The notes beneath the pieces were generated by a model. That model saw nothing but the letters and a program-made list of their open reading frames with translations. It was not told where the DNA came from and made no database searches. Positions 24,699 through 34,353 of a stretch of 58,404 nt of DNA are shown piece after piece. A program made the position numbers and the translations under genes. This stretch comes from a virus (lineage: Duplodnaviria > Caudoviricetes), in the IMG/VR virus record IMGVR_UViG_3300003465_000373, positions 1-58,404 of that record; one strand, 5' to 3'. Every line of letters starts with the position of its first letter. Within the stretch, counting starts at the first letter, position 1.

Positions 24699-24961
24699 TC
24701 TCTGTTGTTGTTTCTTCGATCCGCACTTGGTTGGCGGGCCAGCCGCCATATGTACCATCGGCACTTGCGGCCTTTTTCTTTACTTCATCCCGGCAGCGGC
24801 CCACCATGTCTTTTGAGAAATAGCCGATCATGTCACCTACTTCGAGGCAACACACGTCAACGCACTTCTCCATGATGAACGTCCACGTCGTCGGTTCTGC
24901 TTTCTTTCTGCCGGTAATGAACGTGGACTCGACATGCAGATCAACTTCTTTGCTCATAAAG

Positions 24962-25033
24962 AGCCACCGGAGGGAGTCGAACCCTCTTGTCCCGCTTACA
25001 AGGCGGGTGCATCGCCGGCAATGCTTCAGCGGC
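24962..25033 (-). tRNA. tRNA-Thr(TGT)
   Basis: CCCGC-CTTGTAA-GCGGG. Confidence 0.88.
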
Positions 25034-25069
25034 ACAAACGCAACGACTATGTAGTGCTTGTCATATGGA

Positions 25070-25864
25070 TTATATCACAAAAGCCGCAGGAAGTTCTCCT
25101 TCTGCCATCGCCTGCTCGTTTTCGAGCCAACTCACGAGGAAATAAACATCGTTGCTTTCGATGACCAGTATATTGTCGTTTTCCCGGTCGAGTTTCGACT
25201 GGACCTTCTTCGGGATAGGCCCGGCCGGTCGGTCAAGGACAATAACCGGCAGGTAGCCCCTGGCGTTGCGAGTCAGCTTGGCAAAACGGTATGTTTCGCT
25301 TAACTGGTTATCCTGGTGTCCTCCGACCCAATCCTTTACACGTTTCTGGCAAATGTAAGCCTCCACTTCGCCAACTTCCACCCGAAAGTCTAACGATTTA
25401 ACTTGGTCACTGCTCGCCGGCCTCTGCGTTACCACGTTGCCGTGGTCATCGAGATACCTTGAATTATTGCCACTAAGTTTCTCCCAGCTAAAGTGGCGGT
25501 TGTTCTTTTTGACATACTTAAAGCATTGCTTTAAGTATGCCTCTCCCACATTTTGACGGTTAACGCCTATGGCAAAACCTTGCAGTATAAACAATTCTTC
25601 AAGCTGATTGATCCGCCTATCGTAGAATTTCTTGAAGTCATTTACACCAAACTTATCTTCAAGACCCCATTCGGTCAACCTCTTGAACATTTTGTCCTGT
25701 GTGCTGATGTCAAACTTACCGGACTCGAATTGGGCTTTCATCGTGGCGATATTCTGGCCCTTTTTTTCTTCGAGGAACTCGTCGTAATTCAACGGGATGT
25801 CGTACCTACCTACATTCGCTTTCTTGAACTCAACGAAACTTTCTCGACCAAACTTATCTAGCAT
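25070..25864 (-). CDS. putative restriction endonuclease
   Basis: RQNVGE...KSLDF..YICQK..GGHQDNQ pattern suggests a PD-(D/E)xK-like nuclease; adjacent to an MTase; AT-richer than flanks. Confidence 0.55.
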   Translation of the reverse strand: MLDKFGRESFVEFKKANVGRYDIPLNYDEFLEEKKGQNIATMKAQFESGKFDISTQDKMFKRLTEWGLEDKFGVNDFKKFYDRRINQLEELFILQGFAIGVNRQNVGEAYLKQCFKYVKKNNRHFSWEKLSGNNSRYLDDHGNVVTQRPASSDQVKSLDFRVEVGEVEAYICQKRVKDWVGGHQDNQLSETYRFAKLTRNARGYLPVIVLDRPAGPIPKKVQSKLDRENDNILVIESNDVYFLVSWLENEQAMAEGELPAAFVI

Positions 25865-25979
25865 TTAACTGTTCTCTCAGTTTGCAACGTATTATTTTCC
25901 TTCAGTTTTGGTTGAGACAAGAATCCTCGAACGCACCTAAACTGGCTATAGCATAGATCGGTAAACTGCCGGAAAAACT

Positions 25980-27179
25980 TCACATCGCTCTCTCACTTGT
26001 TAGCGAGATACGTTCGATGGCTTCTTCCATGATCGCCCTGGCTGTTCTGTAGTCGATCCTGCGTCTCCTTTGGCCCTTCTTGTTGTTTCCCTTGAATGGA
26101 GCCATTAAGAGGTCGCAGGTGTCTTCCCGATACTTTTCCAATATCTCGTTGCAGGCGGCGAGGAACGCATCTTCTTTCCCGACCACGCCTGGAACGTCAA
26201 TTATGGAGACGAGCCTACTCGAAACCTTCATTTTGCGGTCGTAATTGAGTTCTTCTGGTTTGCAGAAGATGATGCGATCAGAGTGTGTACTGTCTATGCC
26301 ACGAAGTCCAATGTTGCCTTGTTGGATGTTGAAGGTGATTGTGTTCTTCTTATGTGGTCTTTTATCCATTCCCTTCAACTCACCGAGGGTGAATAGGTAC
26401 TGTTGGTTCTTGTATACTTTGGCTTGACTGCCCTTGGAATCATCACCATGCCAGCACGCTACCAATACAGGGCAGTCAGTGTTCTGAAAAATCTTCTTCT
26501 CGATTATCGCAATTATCGCTAGGCGGTCCTGGAAGGCCCCGTTCAAAAGGAACGTCTCCGGGATTATTGCTACGACGTTCTCGTGACTATCCAAGCACTT
26601 TTCTATGGCGAGGAGATATATGTCCGTTAGACTTGTGTTTTCAAAATACTGGTAGAACCGACTCCCATACCTTGTTGCAGTACACTTCGACATATAGGGC
26701 GGGTTCGTCACCACAAGCCGACCCGTGGCAGGGATGGATACCAGCGAATCGTTGTAGGCCACTACACCGTTGACCATGTTCACATCTATATCTAGCCCAA
26801 TGAAATCATCGACGCCGATTTTCTTGAGTGCAGTCCATAACGAGCAGTCCCCAGCATATGGGTCGATCACACCATGCTGACAATGTGACTTGATGAAGTC
26901 TTTGACTGGCTTTACAAGCCACTTATCGGATGTTGTGAAGTGTTGAGCCAGGTCAGTATCGGCGGTTTTTAGCTTTTCTTGACACCATTCCAAGAATCTT
27001 GCAGGCGGCTCACAGTCTCTTGGTGAGTTGCAGCGACAAAAGTAATGTTCCAACAAATGATACGGAACAGTATCACCAGTTTCGGAGATGTACAACTCGT
27101 AGAAGTCTTTGCAGGTATCTACTATTTGGTGACGCTTCATGAATTTGAAGCAAGACCTGCCAATCTGCGTCTTTGCCAT
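25980..27179 (-). CDS. N6-adenine DNA methyltransferase
   Basis: QHFT, IDPYAGD (motif I), VTNPPY (motif IV), IIPETFL. Confidence 0.85.
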   Translation of the reverse strand: MAKTQIGRSCFKFMKRHQIVDTCKDFYELYISETGDTVPYHLLEHYFCRCNSPRDCEPPARFLEWCQEKLKTADTDLAQHFTTSDKWLVKPVKDFIKSHCQHGVIDPYAGDCSLWTALKKIGVDDFIGLDIDVNMVNGVVAYNDSLVSIPATGRLVVTNPPYMSKCTATRYGSRFYQYFENTSLTDIYLLAIEKCLDSHENVVAIIPETFLLNGAFQDRLAIIAIIEKKIFQNTDCPVLVACWHGDDSKGSQAKVYKNQQYLFTLGELKGMDKRPHKKNTITFNIQQGNIGLRGIDSTHSDRIIFCKPEELNYDRKMKVSSRLVSIIDVPGVVGKEDAFLAACNEILEKYREDTCDLLMAPFKGNNKKGQRRRRIDYRTARAIMEEAIERISLTSERAM

Positions 27180-27200
27180 AAACCGTGTATGTAATCGTTG

Positions 27201-27695
27201 CTACTCGATAGTCACTTGATTCTTGAACGGCTCGGGCTTCTGCCAAGTGGTGCCGAGGCTGGTCTTATAAGCGACTTTCTGGTAAGCGATTGCCATCTCA
27301 CTCCAGGAGAACGGGTCATCAATGTGCTCATCGGTCTGGATGGACCGGCACTGACATCCCGTCAAGTCCCATTGCTCGATCATTTGGCCGCAGCCGTCGT
27401 ATAGTCCCAAGTTGAGCCTGGCGAAGTCCGTTGGTGGGTACTTGCCGAATTCGTGGCTCAGCGAGACGACGATCAGTTCCCAATGCGGGTACTGCTTGCC
27501 GGGAATCCAGGACTTGTGACTTAAGAAGTTAAGTTCGACTTCCTCAATGGGGAAGTTGGGCCTGGAGTTGACTTTGACGAACTGCGGCTCCTGAAGTATC
27601 TGTCCCTGGTCGCCAAAAAACGTGGCGATCCACCTGAACTTTTTCTTGAACACCTGCGGCTTGAATTCGTGTTGCAAATTCTCTGGTGCGTCCAT
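27201..27695 (-). CDS. divergent tail tube (gp19-like) paralog
   Basis: FKKKFRW, FVKVNSRPN..IEEVELNFL..K.WIPGK, LYDGCG..IE.W.L resemble T4-like tail tube proteins. Confidence 0.6.
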   Translation of the reverse strand: MDAPENLQHEFKPQVFKKKFRWIATFFGDQGQILQEPQFVKVNSRPNFPIEEVELNFLSHKSWIPGKQYPHWELIVVSLSHEFGKYPPTDFARLNLGLYDGCGQMIEQWDLTGCQCRSIQTDEHIDDPFSWSEMAIAYQKVAYKTSLGTTWQKPEPFKNQVTIE

Positions 27696-28012
27696 TACTT
27701 GTGCTTCTCGATTAGTTTGCGTAATGCGTCTTCGGAGAGCAGCCCGGTCTGCCGATCCACTTCCTTGCCGTCCTTGATGAACAGGATTGTTGGAACGACT
27801 GAAATCTTGTAGTCTGACGACAGCTTCATGTTCTCGCTGGCGTTGACCTTGCCGATACTGACAGCCTCGCCGTACTCTTCAGACAGTTTGTCGATGGTTG
27901 GGGCCAGGCGGCGACAGGGGCCGCAGGTTGGCGTGTAGAAATCCACGACCGCCAACTTGTCCGACGTTAGAACTTCGCCGTGGAACGTATCTTCATTGAA
28001 TTGCTTCGTCAT
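27695..28012 (-). CDS. trxA: thioredoxin
   Basis: VVDFYTPTCGPCR, VPT cis-Pro motif, ~105 aa. Confidence 0.9.
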   Translation of the reverse strand: MTKQFNEDTFHGEVLTSDKLAVVDFYTPTCGPCRRLAPTIDKLSEEYGEAVSIGKVNASENMKLSSDYKISVVPTILFIKDGKEVDRQTGLLSEDALRKLIEKHK

Positions 28013-28297
28013 GTGATCCTCTCTGCGTGTACTGTTGTATTTAGATAGTGTTCGTAGAAGTAATATCGGCTGAAGGAAGGCTGGGCTTGAGGGATAAATA
28101 GGGCATGTGCTGCGACGGCAAGCCGGTAAGGCTAAACCACCTGAACGATGGCGTGGATCATTTGGCAGACGACATCCCCATCCGCAACGACGATGCGGCT
28201 CCGATGAACGTCCCAGACCTGAAATTGACAAAAGTAACGGGCAGATCGACCCGGTGGGTCAAAGACGTGACTACAGAAGTGACGGATAAGCCTTAAG

Positions 28298-28380
28298 TGC
28301 CCAGGAGAGGACTCGAACCTCCACCCGATTGCTCGGACCAGCCCCTCAAGCTGGCGTGTCTGCCATTTCACCACCTGGGC
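28298..28380 (-). tRNA. tRNA-Leu(GAG), long variable arm
   Basis: CCAGC-TTGAGGG-GCTGG. Confidence 0.92.
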
Positions 28381-28389
28381 AGGTGTGAT

Positions 28390-28683
28390 CTATCTATGCT
28401 TCTTCTGCTTGGAATCGTAAAGCCCTGTGTTCTTCAACGTCCTCTGGACCGATAACAAGTCCATCGCCGTCATGATGCTGTTGGCCCTCATGCGGCGAAG
28501 GATGATGAACAGCGACGTGTCCTTGTGCCGAAAGATCGTGGCTTTCACTTGCCGACCCTGCGGCTGGACTTCTATCGGCTCTGCGGTCCAGCCAAGTTCC
28601 TCCAAAGCGGAGCGTACCTCACCGTACCGATAGACCGGTCTAACGTCCAGGAGGAAGTCCATCAACTGCTGGCTGGTCTTCAT
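28390..28683 (-). CDS. hypothetical protein
   Basis: 97-aa ORF. Confidence 0.6.
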   Translation of the reverse strand: MKTSQQLMDFLLDVRPVYRYGEVRSALEELGWTAEPIEVQPQGRQVKATIFRHKDTSLFIILRRMRANSIMTAMDLLSVQRTLKNTGLYDSKQKKHR

Positions 28684-28686
28684 TCC

Positions 28687-29232
28687 CTACTCCCTCAGCG
28701 GCGGTTGGCAATAGTTCCAATCCTGGACCATCTTCGCCGTCCGCAGTAAACCAAATGTATAGTCCTCCCTCGTGACCTCATCCTCGCCGCACGGGAGGAA
28801 GATTCCTTGCTTGGCCGGCATTGGTCGGTACAGTGTCTTGCTCATCCTGGTCTTCGGGGTAATATACATTGTCACCGAGCAGACTTGACCAGAATAAACC
28901 GCCCCATATGCCACAAGAAGCTGCGACTGGCACTGGTAAGGAACCTGACGATCCCTGTCATGTCGGGTGTGGAAAAGCATCTCTCCATAGACACGACGGA
29001 ACGGGTGATTGGCGTCGTGGTATAGGCCCTCGATAAAGCTGATCGGCAGGTAGATGCCATCCTGCTTCGCCACCCGCACCAAAGCTGTTTTGCGGAAGAA
29101 CGGAATGACCGTCCGCTTGGGCGGCTCCTGAGCCTCGACCGGGCCGAAGATTTCATCCCAGCTTGTCCGACTCAAGTATGCCTGGACCCCAAGGTGAGAA
29201 TCAAAGCGTGGAACCACGATGAGGGAACGCAT
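28687..29232 (-). CDS. hypothetical protein
   Basis: ORF from MRSLIV with AAGGAGG RBS. Confidence 0.65.
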   Translation of the reverse strand: MRSLIVVPRFDSHLGVQAYLSRTSWDEIFGPVEAQEPPKRTVIPFFRKTALVRVAKQDGIYLPISFIEGLYHDANHPFRRVYGEMLFHTRHDRDRQVPYQCQSQLLVAYGAVYSGQVCSVTMYITPKTRMSKTLYRPMPAKQGIFLPCGEDEVTREDYTFGLLRTAKMVQDWNYCQPPLRE

Positions 29233-29242
29233 GTCTGCCTCC

Positions 29243-29446
29243 TTATTCGAGGCCAACCATTGGCAGCACCTTCTGGAAGAGTGTCCGCCTTGCTTCGTCA
29301 ACCTCGGCCTCGGCCTCCAGCCAGAACTCCACATCTCTTCCCAGAGGGAAGCCGGCGTCCTTGGCCTTGAGCCACGCCTTGAGGGCGATTTCCTCGTGCC
29401 TTCTCTGTTGCCGAAGCATTGAGTCTTGGTACGTCGGAAGCGGCAT
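29243..29446 (-). CDS. DUF2934 family protein
   Basis: EEIALKAWLKAKDAGFPLGRDVEFWLEAE. Confidence 0.8.
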   Translation of the reverse strand: MPLPTYQDSMLRQQRRHEEIALKAWLKAKDAGFPLGRDVEFWLEAEAEVDEARRTLFQKVLPMVGLE

Positions 29447-29477
29447 TTCTGGCTCCTTCGTGGTTAGGAATGGATAG

Positions 29478-29560
29478 TACCCAGGAGAGGATTTGAACCT
29501 CCACGTCCTTGCGGACATTGGCTCCTGAAGCCAACGTGTCTGCCGTTTCACCACCTGGGC
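29478..29560 (-). tRNA. tRNA-Leu(CAG), long variable arm
   Basis: TTGGC-TTCAGGA-GCCAA. Confidence 0.92.
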
Positions 29561-29565
29561 ATTGA

Positions 29566-29664
29566 ACAGACGTGCCCGGCCCGATGTCGTTCGTGAGGCG
29601 ACACACCAACCGGCCACCGTCCAGGTTGCCCTGGGGTCGGTGGCTCCGTGCCAGGCCCGTCGTT
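29566..29664 (-). ncRNA. candidate three-way-junction small RNA
   Basis: GCCTGGC/GCCGGGC closing stem, GCCACCG/CGGTGGC arm with GCAA tetraloop, TGTCG/CGACA arm. Confidence 0.5.
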
Positions 29665-29888
29665 CTCATCCATTGCTGAGCATGACATACTGCTGTACGG
29701 CTACATCCGTGCAGCCAAGGGACTTGAGATGGTCGTAGAAAGTTCCTTGCTTGCCAGACTCCATGAACTTGATCTCCTCGTCCCACGGGCTGAGTCCTTC
29801 AGGGATAACGAGGGAGAACACAGGAGTCTGTTCTCCAGTCCACTGTTGCATGGTGTAGAACGTGAAAATCCGCTCCATACGGCTTATC

Positions 29889-30194
29889 TCACGGGTAGCG
29901 GTTGGGCAGGCGGTGCTGCCGGTCGTAGGCTCCCGCCTGCCAGCCGTTGCGATACTCATCGGCAAACGTCCAGCGAATGGGAGCAAGCCAGTTTCCTGCG
30001 TAGCCATCACGGTATCCCCTGAGATATGCGTTGGATGGCGAAGCTGGCGGCTTCGGCATGTCCTGCGGGATCGGCGGCGGCGACTCGGCCTTCGGCGGTG
30101 CTACCTGCGGAGGCGGCACTACGTTCGGCTCCTTCTGGCAGCCGACGCCGACCAGCAACATACAGGCGAATAATACAAGGAAAATGTGTTTCAT
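29889..30194 (-). CDS. putative lipoprotein
   Basis: Signal peptide with lipobox GVGC, Pro-rich linker. Confidence 0.7.
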   Translation of the reverse strand: MKHIFLVLFACMLLVGVGCQKEPNVVPPPQVAPPKAESPPPIPQDMPKPPASPSNAYLRGYRDGYAGNWLAPIRWTFADEYRNGWQAGAYDRQHRLPNRYP

Positions 30195-30224
30195 GACAAT
30201 ACCAACCTTTTTTGAAAGAAAAAG

Positions 30225-30306
30225 CGGAAGGTGAGGGACTCGAACCCCCAACGGTTTCCCGCAGACCGCTTTCAAGGCGGCACCCTCGTCCAGCCGGACA
30301 CCTTCC
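30225..30306 (-). tRNA. tRNA-Ser(TGA)
   Basis: GCCGC-CTTGAAA-GCGGT, V arm, G73. Confidence 0.85.
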
Positions 30307-30750
30307 TTATGGTTCGTTAAATCCCAAAGCAGCCATGAGGTCTTTGCCTTTCATTGGCGTGACCGGTTCAGGGTCCGGCCACTCATCCCAGGTGCTCGTG
30401 ATACGGACATGCTTCGGGTCAATGCCGATGGCCTTGAGTCTGAACTCTGCCTCGGACTCCTCCTTGATGTCGGAGTGTTGGGCAATTGCGGCATGGCAAT
30501 ACGTCTGCACCTTCCAACCATCCCGCACCAGGGCCTCTACGATGTCAGCACAGAGGCATAAGTGCTGGTCAAGTTGGTGGCCGACGTTCCGAAGCAACGG
30601 CCCGATCTTGATACCGGGAAACTCTCGGTGTACGGCCTGAAAGTGCTCTGCCATTCCTGGGTACATCAGGGGCACGACTACTTGTGCTGTGGCCACTTTT
30701 GCCTCACGCTTCTTCAAAAGGCTAATTCTCGTTCGCATATGAGGTCGCAC
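30307..30750 (-). CDS. hypothetical protein (start uncertain)
   Basis: ORF of up to 147 aa. Confidence 0.55.
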   Translation of the reverse strand: MRPHMRTRISLLKKREAKVATAQVVVPLMYPGMAEHFQAVHREFPGIKIGPLLRNVGHQLDQHLCLCADIVEALVRDGWKVQTYCHAAIAQHSDIKEESEAEFRLKAIGIDPKHVRITSTWDEWPDPEPVTPMKGKDLMAALGFNEP

Positions 30751-31453
30751 CTTTTCTCAAGGATGGCGACCGCATTCTGCAACTCGGTTAAAACCTCGCA
30801 GAGCTTGCTGGGCACCGTCCAGAACTCGTCATCCGCCCGGATCATACCGGCTGCGGACTCTACGAGCGTCTGTACGGCGTTACCCCCGGTCGGGTCATAG
30901 GCAATGAATACGACCTCGCTTCTGGGCAAAGCCGCCGCCGTCTCAGCCATTGCCTTCTTCCTCCACGACTTCGACCGGCAATGGCTTGCCGTCGAAGGGG
31001 CAGGGGTCGCTGTCCTTGTGGCGGTTCGGGTTGGCACACTGTCCCTTGCAGTAGAAACCGCACTTGGGGCATAAGACCTCAAGCTGGCCGTCGTTGACGA
31101 CCTGCAACTCCACACGATCAACCTGCTTACAGTGGTGGATGGTGCTCTCGCCCATTTTCAGCCTCCTTGAGTTTCTTCCGCCTTCTTCTGCACGTCCAAC
31201 TTCGTCCACGGTCGCTTTGGCATGGCGTCACCTGGAATTGGCTGCCTTCGGCACCTCGCTGATCTTGTCAATCTCGGAAAGGCGGTTGCCAATGGCGACA
31301 GAGATTATGCCCCAGGCCACAAGGCAAAGAAAGGCCACGGTTGTCAGACCGGGATCGTCACGCTTGATAGCGAAAATAAGGCTTACGACACCACCGGTCA
31401 GGAAAAGTACAAACATGACTGACAGGAATATGAGCAGCAGCATAGACAACTCC

Positions 31454-31708
31454 TTAGTCGAACAGGGCCTTATCCACTTCCTTTTCGGCCTGGAGCCAAT
31501 TGTCTCGCTCGTCCTTACTGCCATGCAGCCAACGGAAGTAGGCACGCTTGGCGATCTCATTGCGACGGGCATTTTCGTCAATTACGAGTGCCCCATTATC
31601 CTCGTCCTCGACCCAGACGTTGATGCGGACTTCATCCGCCCATTCCTGCCAGTCGTTGCAGAGCAGGTCATCATGGGCCTCTTCAATTATTTCACATCTC
31701 ACTTCCAT
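31454..31708 (-). CDS. DUF2934-containing protein
   Basis: EIAKRAYFRWLHGSKDERDNWLQAEKE. Confidence 0.7.
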   Translation of the reverse strand: MEVRCEIIEEAHDDLLCNDWQEWADEVRINVWVEDEDNGALVIDENARRNEIAKRAYFRWLHGSKDERDNWLQAEKEVDKALFD

Positions 31709-31749
31709 GTTTCCTCCAGGCGACTTAAGTAGTCTCCTAAGTAATATCG

Positions 31750-32487
31750 TCAATGTTCGTCCGGCACTTTAAGGAGCCGGTCACGGTAGTTCACAAAGAG
31801 TTCGGTCGGCAGCCAAGCACAGCCCGGCTTGCACAATGGTATCACATCCTCGTAGGGAACCCACTCCCAGCCGAGGTTCTTGTTCGGCTCCATCAGAACT
31901 GGCTCACCTTCGATCCAATCGGCCACCACGAAGATGCCGACATAGTGTTTGCCTTCGAGGACGTTGTTGACGACCATCCAATCCAGGCGTGACTCATCAA
32001 ACCTGCGGAGTTTCACCTTGAGTTTGGTTTCTTCTTCGACTTCCCGCAGACTTCCGTCCTCGATGGACTCGCCGTATTCAAGATGTCCTCCTGGAACACA
32101 GCGGCTCCCCTCACAGTGACTCCCGATCCGAGTGCCCAGGAGGACGTGACTCTGTTTAACGATGACGACACCCAGGCCGACCTTGGGTTTGCGGTCTTCG
32201 CCGCAGATCAACTTATTGACCCAGGAAACGAGGCCGTTTTTCGTCCAGAAAGAGTTGGGTTGAGTGCTCATGATGTCTTGGTACACCATGAGGCGGATTA
32301 AGTCAAGCCTTTGTGCAACCTGCTGACACCAGATGACATTGGCCTCTTCCCAATCGTGATCGGAGACGCTATAGTTGGCGTCATAAAATGCTTGAATAGG
32401 AGTGAGGTCTGCGATCAAGGCGTGCTGAAGTTCACGCAGTCGCTTGTCAATGTGGTTGTCTAGGCTTTCCATGAGTCGGTCCTGCAT
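31750..32487 (-). CDS. Nudix hydrolase with N-terminal extension
   Basis: Nudix box PGGHLEYGESIEDGSLREVEEET; MEPNK..GWEW. Confidence 0.88.
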   Translation of the reverse strand: MQDRLMESLDNHIDKRLRELQHALIADLTPIQAFYDANYSVSDHDWEEANVIWCQQVAQRLDLIRLMVYQDIMSTQPNSFWTKNGLVSWVNKLICGEDRKPKVGLGVVIVKQSHVLLGTRIGSHCEGSRCVPGGHLEYGESIEDGSLREVEEETKLKVKLRRFDESRLDWMVVNNVLEGKHYVGIFVVADWIEGEPVLMEPNKNLGWEWVPYEDVIPLCKPGCAWLPTELFVNYRDRLLKVPDEH

Positions 32488-32683
32488 TAGTGTCCGGGGT
32501 GGGGGTCGAACCCACATGACCCATTTTTTGAGAATGGGATGTCTCGCCAGTTGCATCACCCGGACGATACGGGCAGTGCCTACAACCTGAACTGCAACAG
32601 TAGCCTCGCTTCAACAGGAACAATTCTGTGAAGACGTACTTGCCGTTCTCCAAGTAATAGTCAACACCCTCAACGAGCTTCAT
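32447..32683 (-). CDS. DUF5522-like small Cys-rich protein (3' end overlaps tRNA)
   Basis: DYYLENGKYVFTE.FLLKRGYCCSSGCRHCPY. Confidence 0.7.
   Translation of the reverse strand: MKLVEGVDYYLENGKYVFTELFLLKRGYCCSSGCRHCPYRPGDATGETSHSQKMGHVGSTPTPDTNAGPTHGKPRQPH
32491..32565 (-). tRNA. tRNA-Leu(CAA), short variable region
   Basis: CCATT-CTCAAAA-AATGG; no V arm. Confidence 0.85.
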
Positions 32684-32687
32684 GGAG

Positions 32688-32762
32688 TGTTAGCGGTGGG
32701 ACTCGAACCCACAAAACCCTGGTTCTGAACCAGAGATGTCTCACCAATTGCATCACGCTAAC
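32688..32762 (-). tRNA. tRNA-Leu(CAG), short variable region
   Basis: TCTGG-TTCAGAA-CCAGG. Confidence 0.85.
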
Positions 32763-32767
32763 GTAAG

Positions 32768-32841
32768 TAGCCCCGAGAGGACTCGAACCTCCAAACTGCT
32801 GGCTCTAAACCAGCCGGCTTTGCCAATTTGCCTACAGGGCC
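32768..32841 (-). tRNA. tRNA-Leu(TAG), short variable region
   Basis: GCTGG-TTTAGAG-CCAGC. Confidence 0.87.
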
Positions 32842-32846
32842 AAATG

Positions 32847-33287
32847 TTACTCTAATCGAATGACCTTATTCCGACCTTCAATCACTTCAAATGAGTCCGC
32901 ACAAGCAACCGTGCCGGCGTAACTCACGCCACAATATGGTTCAGTTTGATACACGATTCTCTTCACTAAATGACCGTCTGGCACACGACACTGCAACTTC
33001 TTATTCAGGTTCACTATCGTAACTTCGCCTCTACGATCCAAGAAACTGACAACCTGAACTCTGTTGCCATTCGGCATAACCATTTCATAAGGTGTCAAGG
33101 TTTCTTCAAACTCTACTCGTGCCGGCCTCGTCAACGTGCCCGCAAGCCAGGTAATTAGAACCAGATAAGTAAGCCAGGCCGTCATCTTCCACCGTTTTTG
33201 AATTTCAGAATCGGCCAGACAGACGACCGACCAAATCGTGGTAGCAAAGATGAGTACACCCAACACCAATATGTGCATGAAGACCAT
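32847..33287 (-). CDS. membrane protein
   Basis: Two N-terminal TM helices; AAGGAG RBS. Confidence 0.65.
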   Translation of the reverse strand: MVFMHILVLGVLIFATTIWSVVCLADSEIQKRWKMTAWLTYLVLITWLAGTLTRPARVEFEETLTPYEMVMPNGNRVQVVSFLDRRGEVTIVNLNKKLQCRVPDGHLVKRIVYQTEPYCGVSYAGTVACADSFEVIEGRNKVIRLE

Positions 33288-33302
33288 GATGTTCTCCTTA
33301 AG

Positions 33303-33393
33303 CGGAAGGCGTGGGACTCGAACCCACACAGCCACATCTTAGTGGCTGTACACGCTTTCGAGGCGTGCCCCTCATCCAAGCCGGATGCCTTCC
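33303..33393 (-). tRNA. tRNA-Ser(CGA)
   Basis: CACGC-CTCGAAA-GCGTG, long V arm, G73. Confidence 0.87.
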
Positions 33394-33398
33394 ATTAG

Positions 33399-33473
33399 TG
33401 TCACCGGTGGGACTCGAACCCACAAGACCCAGGCTCTCGACCTGAGATGTCTCGCCAATTGCATCACGGTGAC
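33399..33473 (-). tRNA. tRNA-Leu(GAG), short variable region, C33
   Basis: TCAGG-TCGAGAG-CCTGG. Confidence 0.8.
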
Positions 33474-33479
33474 GTAAAG

Positions 33480-33554
33480 TAGCCTCGGTGGGACTCGAAC
33501 CCACAAAACAAGTCATTTTAAGTGACCCGGATTTGCCAATTCTCCTACGAGGCC
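33480..33554 (-). tRNA. tRNA-Leu(TAA), short variable region
   Basis: GGTCA-CTTAAAA-TGACT. Confidence 0.87.
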
Positions 33555-33703
33555 AGTGCTTGAACTCAACTCTAACGAGATAAGATCGCACCAATGTATT
33601 ATTGACGTTTCATCGCCGTGCGACACCGCTCTCTCCCCCTACGGGTCAGGGGCCGGATCACGGTCAAGAGGTTCCCCGGTCGTCGTGCGAATCCCCGTCA
33701 AAG

Positions 33704-33792
33704 CGGAAGGAGAGGGAATCGAACCCTCGGCTCCCTTGCGGGAGCACCAGTTCTCCAAACTGGCCCGGCTGACCATCGTCCGGCCCCCTTCC
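33704..33792 (-). tRNA. tRNA-Ser(GGA)
   Basis: CCAGT-TTGGAGA-ACTGG, long V arm. Confidence 0.85.
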
Positions 33793-33795
33793 ATT

Positions 33796-34353
33796 TCACA
33801 TCTCTTCTGGCGTTGGCTTGTCATACCACATTCTTGCCGACAGCATGTCGCAGCAGTGACAGAAGGCACCAAGCCGCCCAATAATCCGCTCCTCGCCGTA
33901 ATCTTTCTCGCCGTGTATGTGGGTGAGTGCGTTGAGTTCCTCTTCCGTGAAGAGAATGTCATACACATCCGGCAGAGCGTGCTCGTAGAGGAACTTTTTG
34001 TTCTCGTCCTCCACGATGGCCCGATGAATTTCCCACCGTGGCGGCTCCAGATCACTGTACTTGAATATCTTCTCAACGTCGTGGAAATAGATCACTTTGA
34101 CGACGTTGTGCCACTCGAACGGTAAGTCCCGAAGCCAAGCCAGGCCCTCATACATTGTCTCACCGATCAGCAGACACTCGACCAGATGATCGACGTAGCC
34201 GCCCTCCCACGCCTGGTGCTTCTTCTTCGACCCCTTAGCCTTCTTGATAAGTTGCTCGTGGTCGTGGTGGAACCTCAACAAGCCATCGTAGTATGACTGG
34301 TCTTCACAGGCACGCAGGAATTTCATCAGCACTTTGTAGTTGCCCACGCTCAC
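33796..34353 (-). CDS. HD-domain protein (YhaM-like)
   Basis: KKHQAWEGGYVDH, YFHDVEK, HIHG, HCCDMLSAR. Confidence 0.8.
   Translation of the reverse strand: MSVGNYKVLMKFLRACEDQSYYDGLLRFHHDHEQLIKKAKGSKKKHQAWEGGYVDHLVECLLIGETMYEGLAWLRDLPFEWHNVVKVIYFHDVEKIFKYSDLEPPRWEIHRAIVEDENKKFLYEHALPDVYDILFTEEELNALTHIHGEKDYGEERIIGRLGAFCHCCDMLSARMWYDKPTPEEM

Noticed and set aside
30225-30306. Selenocysteine tRNA
   Set aside because: The anticodon is TGA (Ser), not TCA, and the acceptor is 7 bp.
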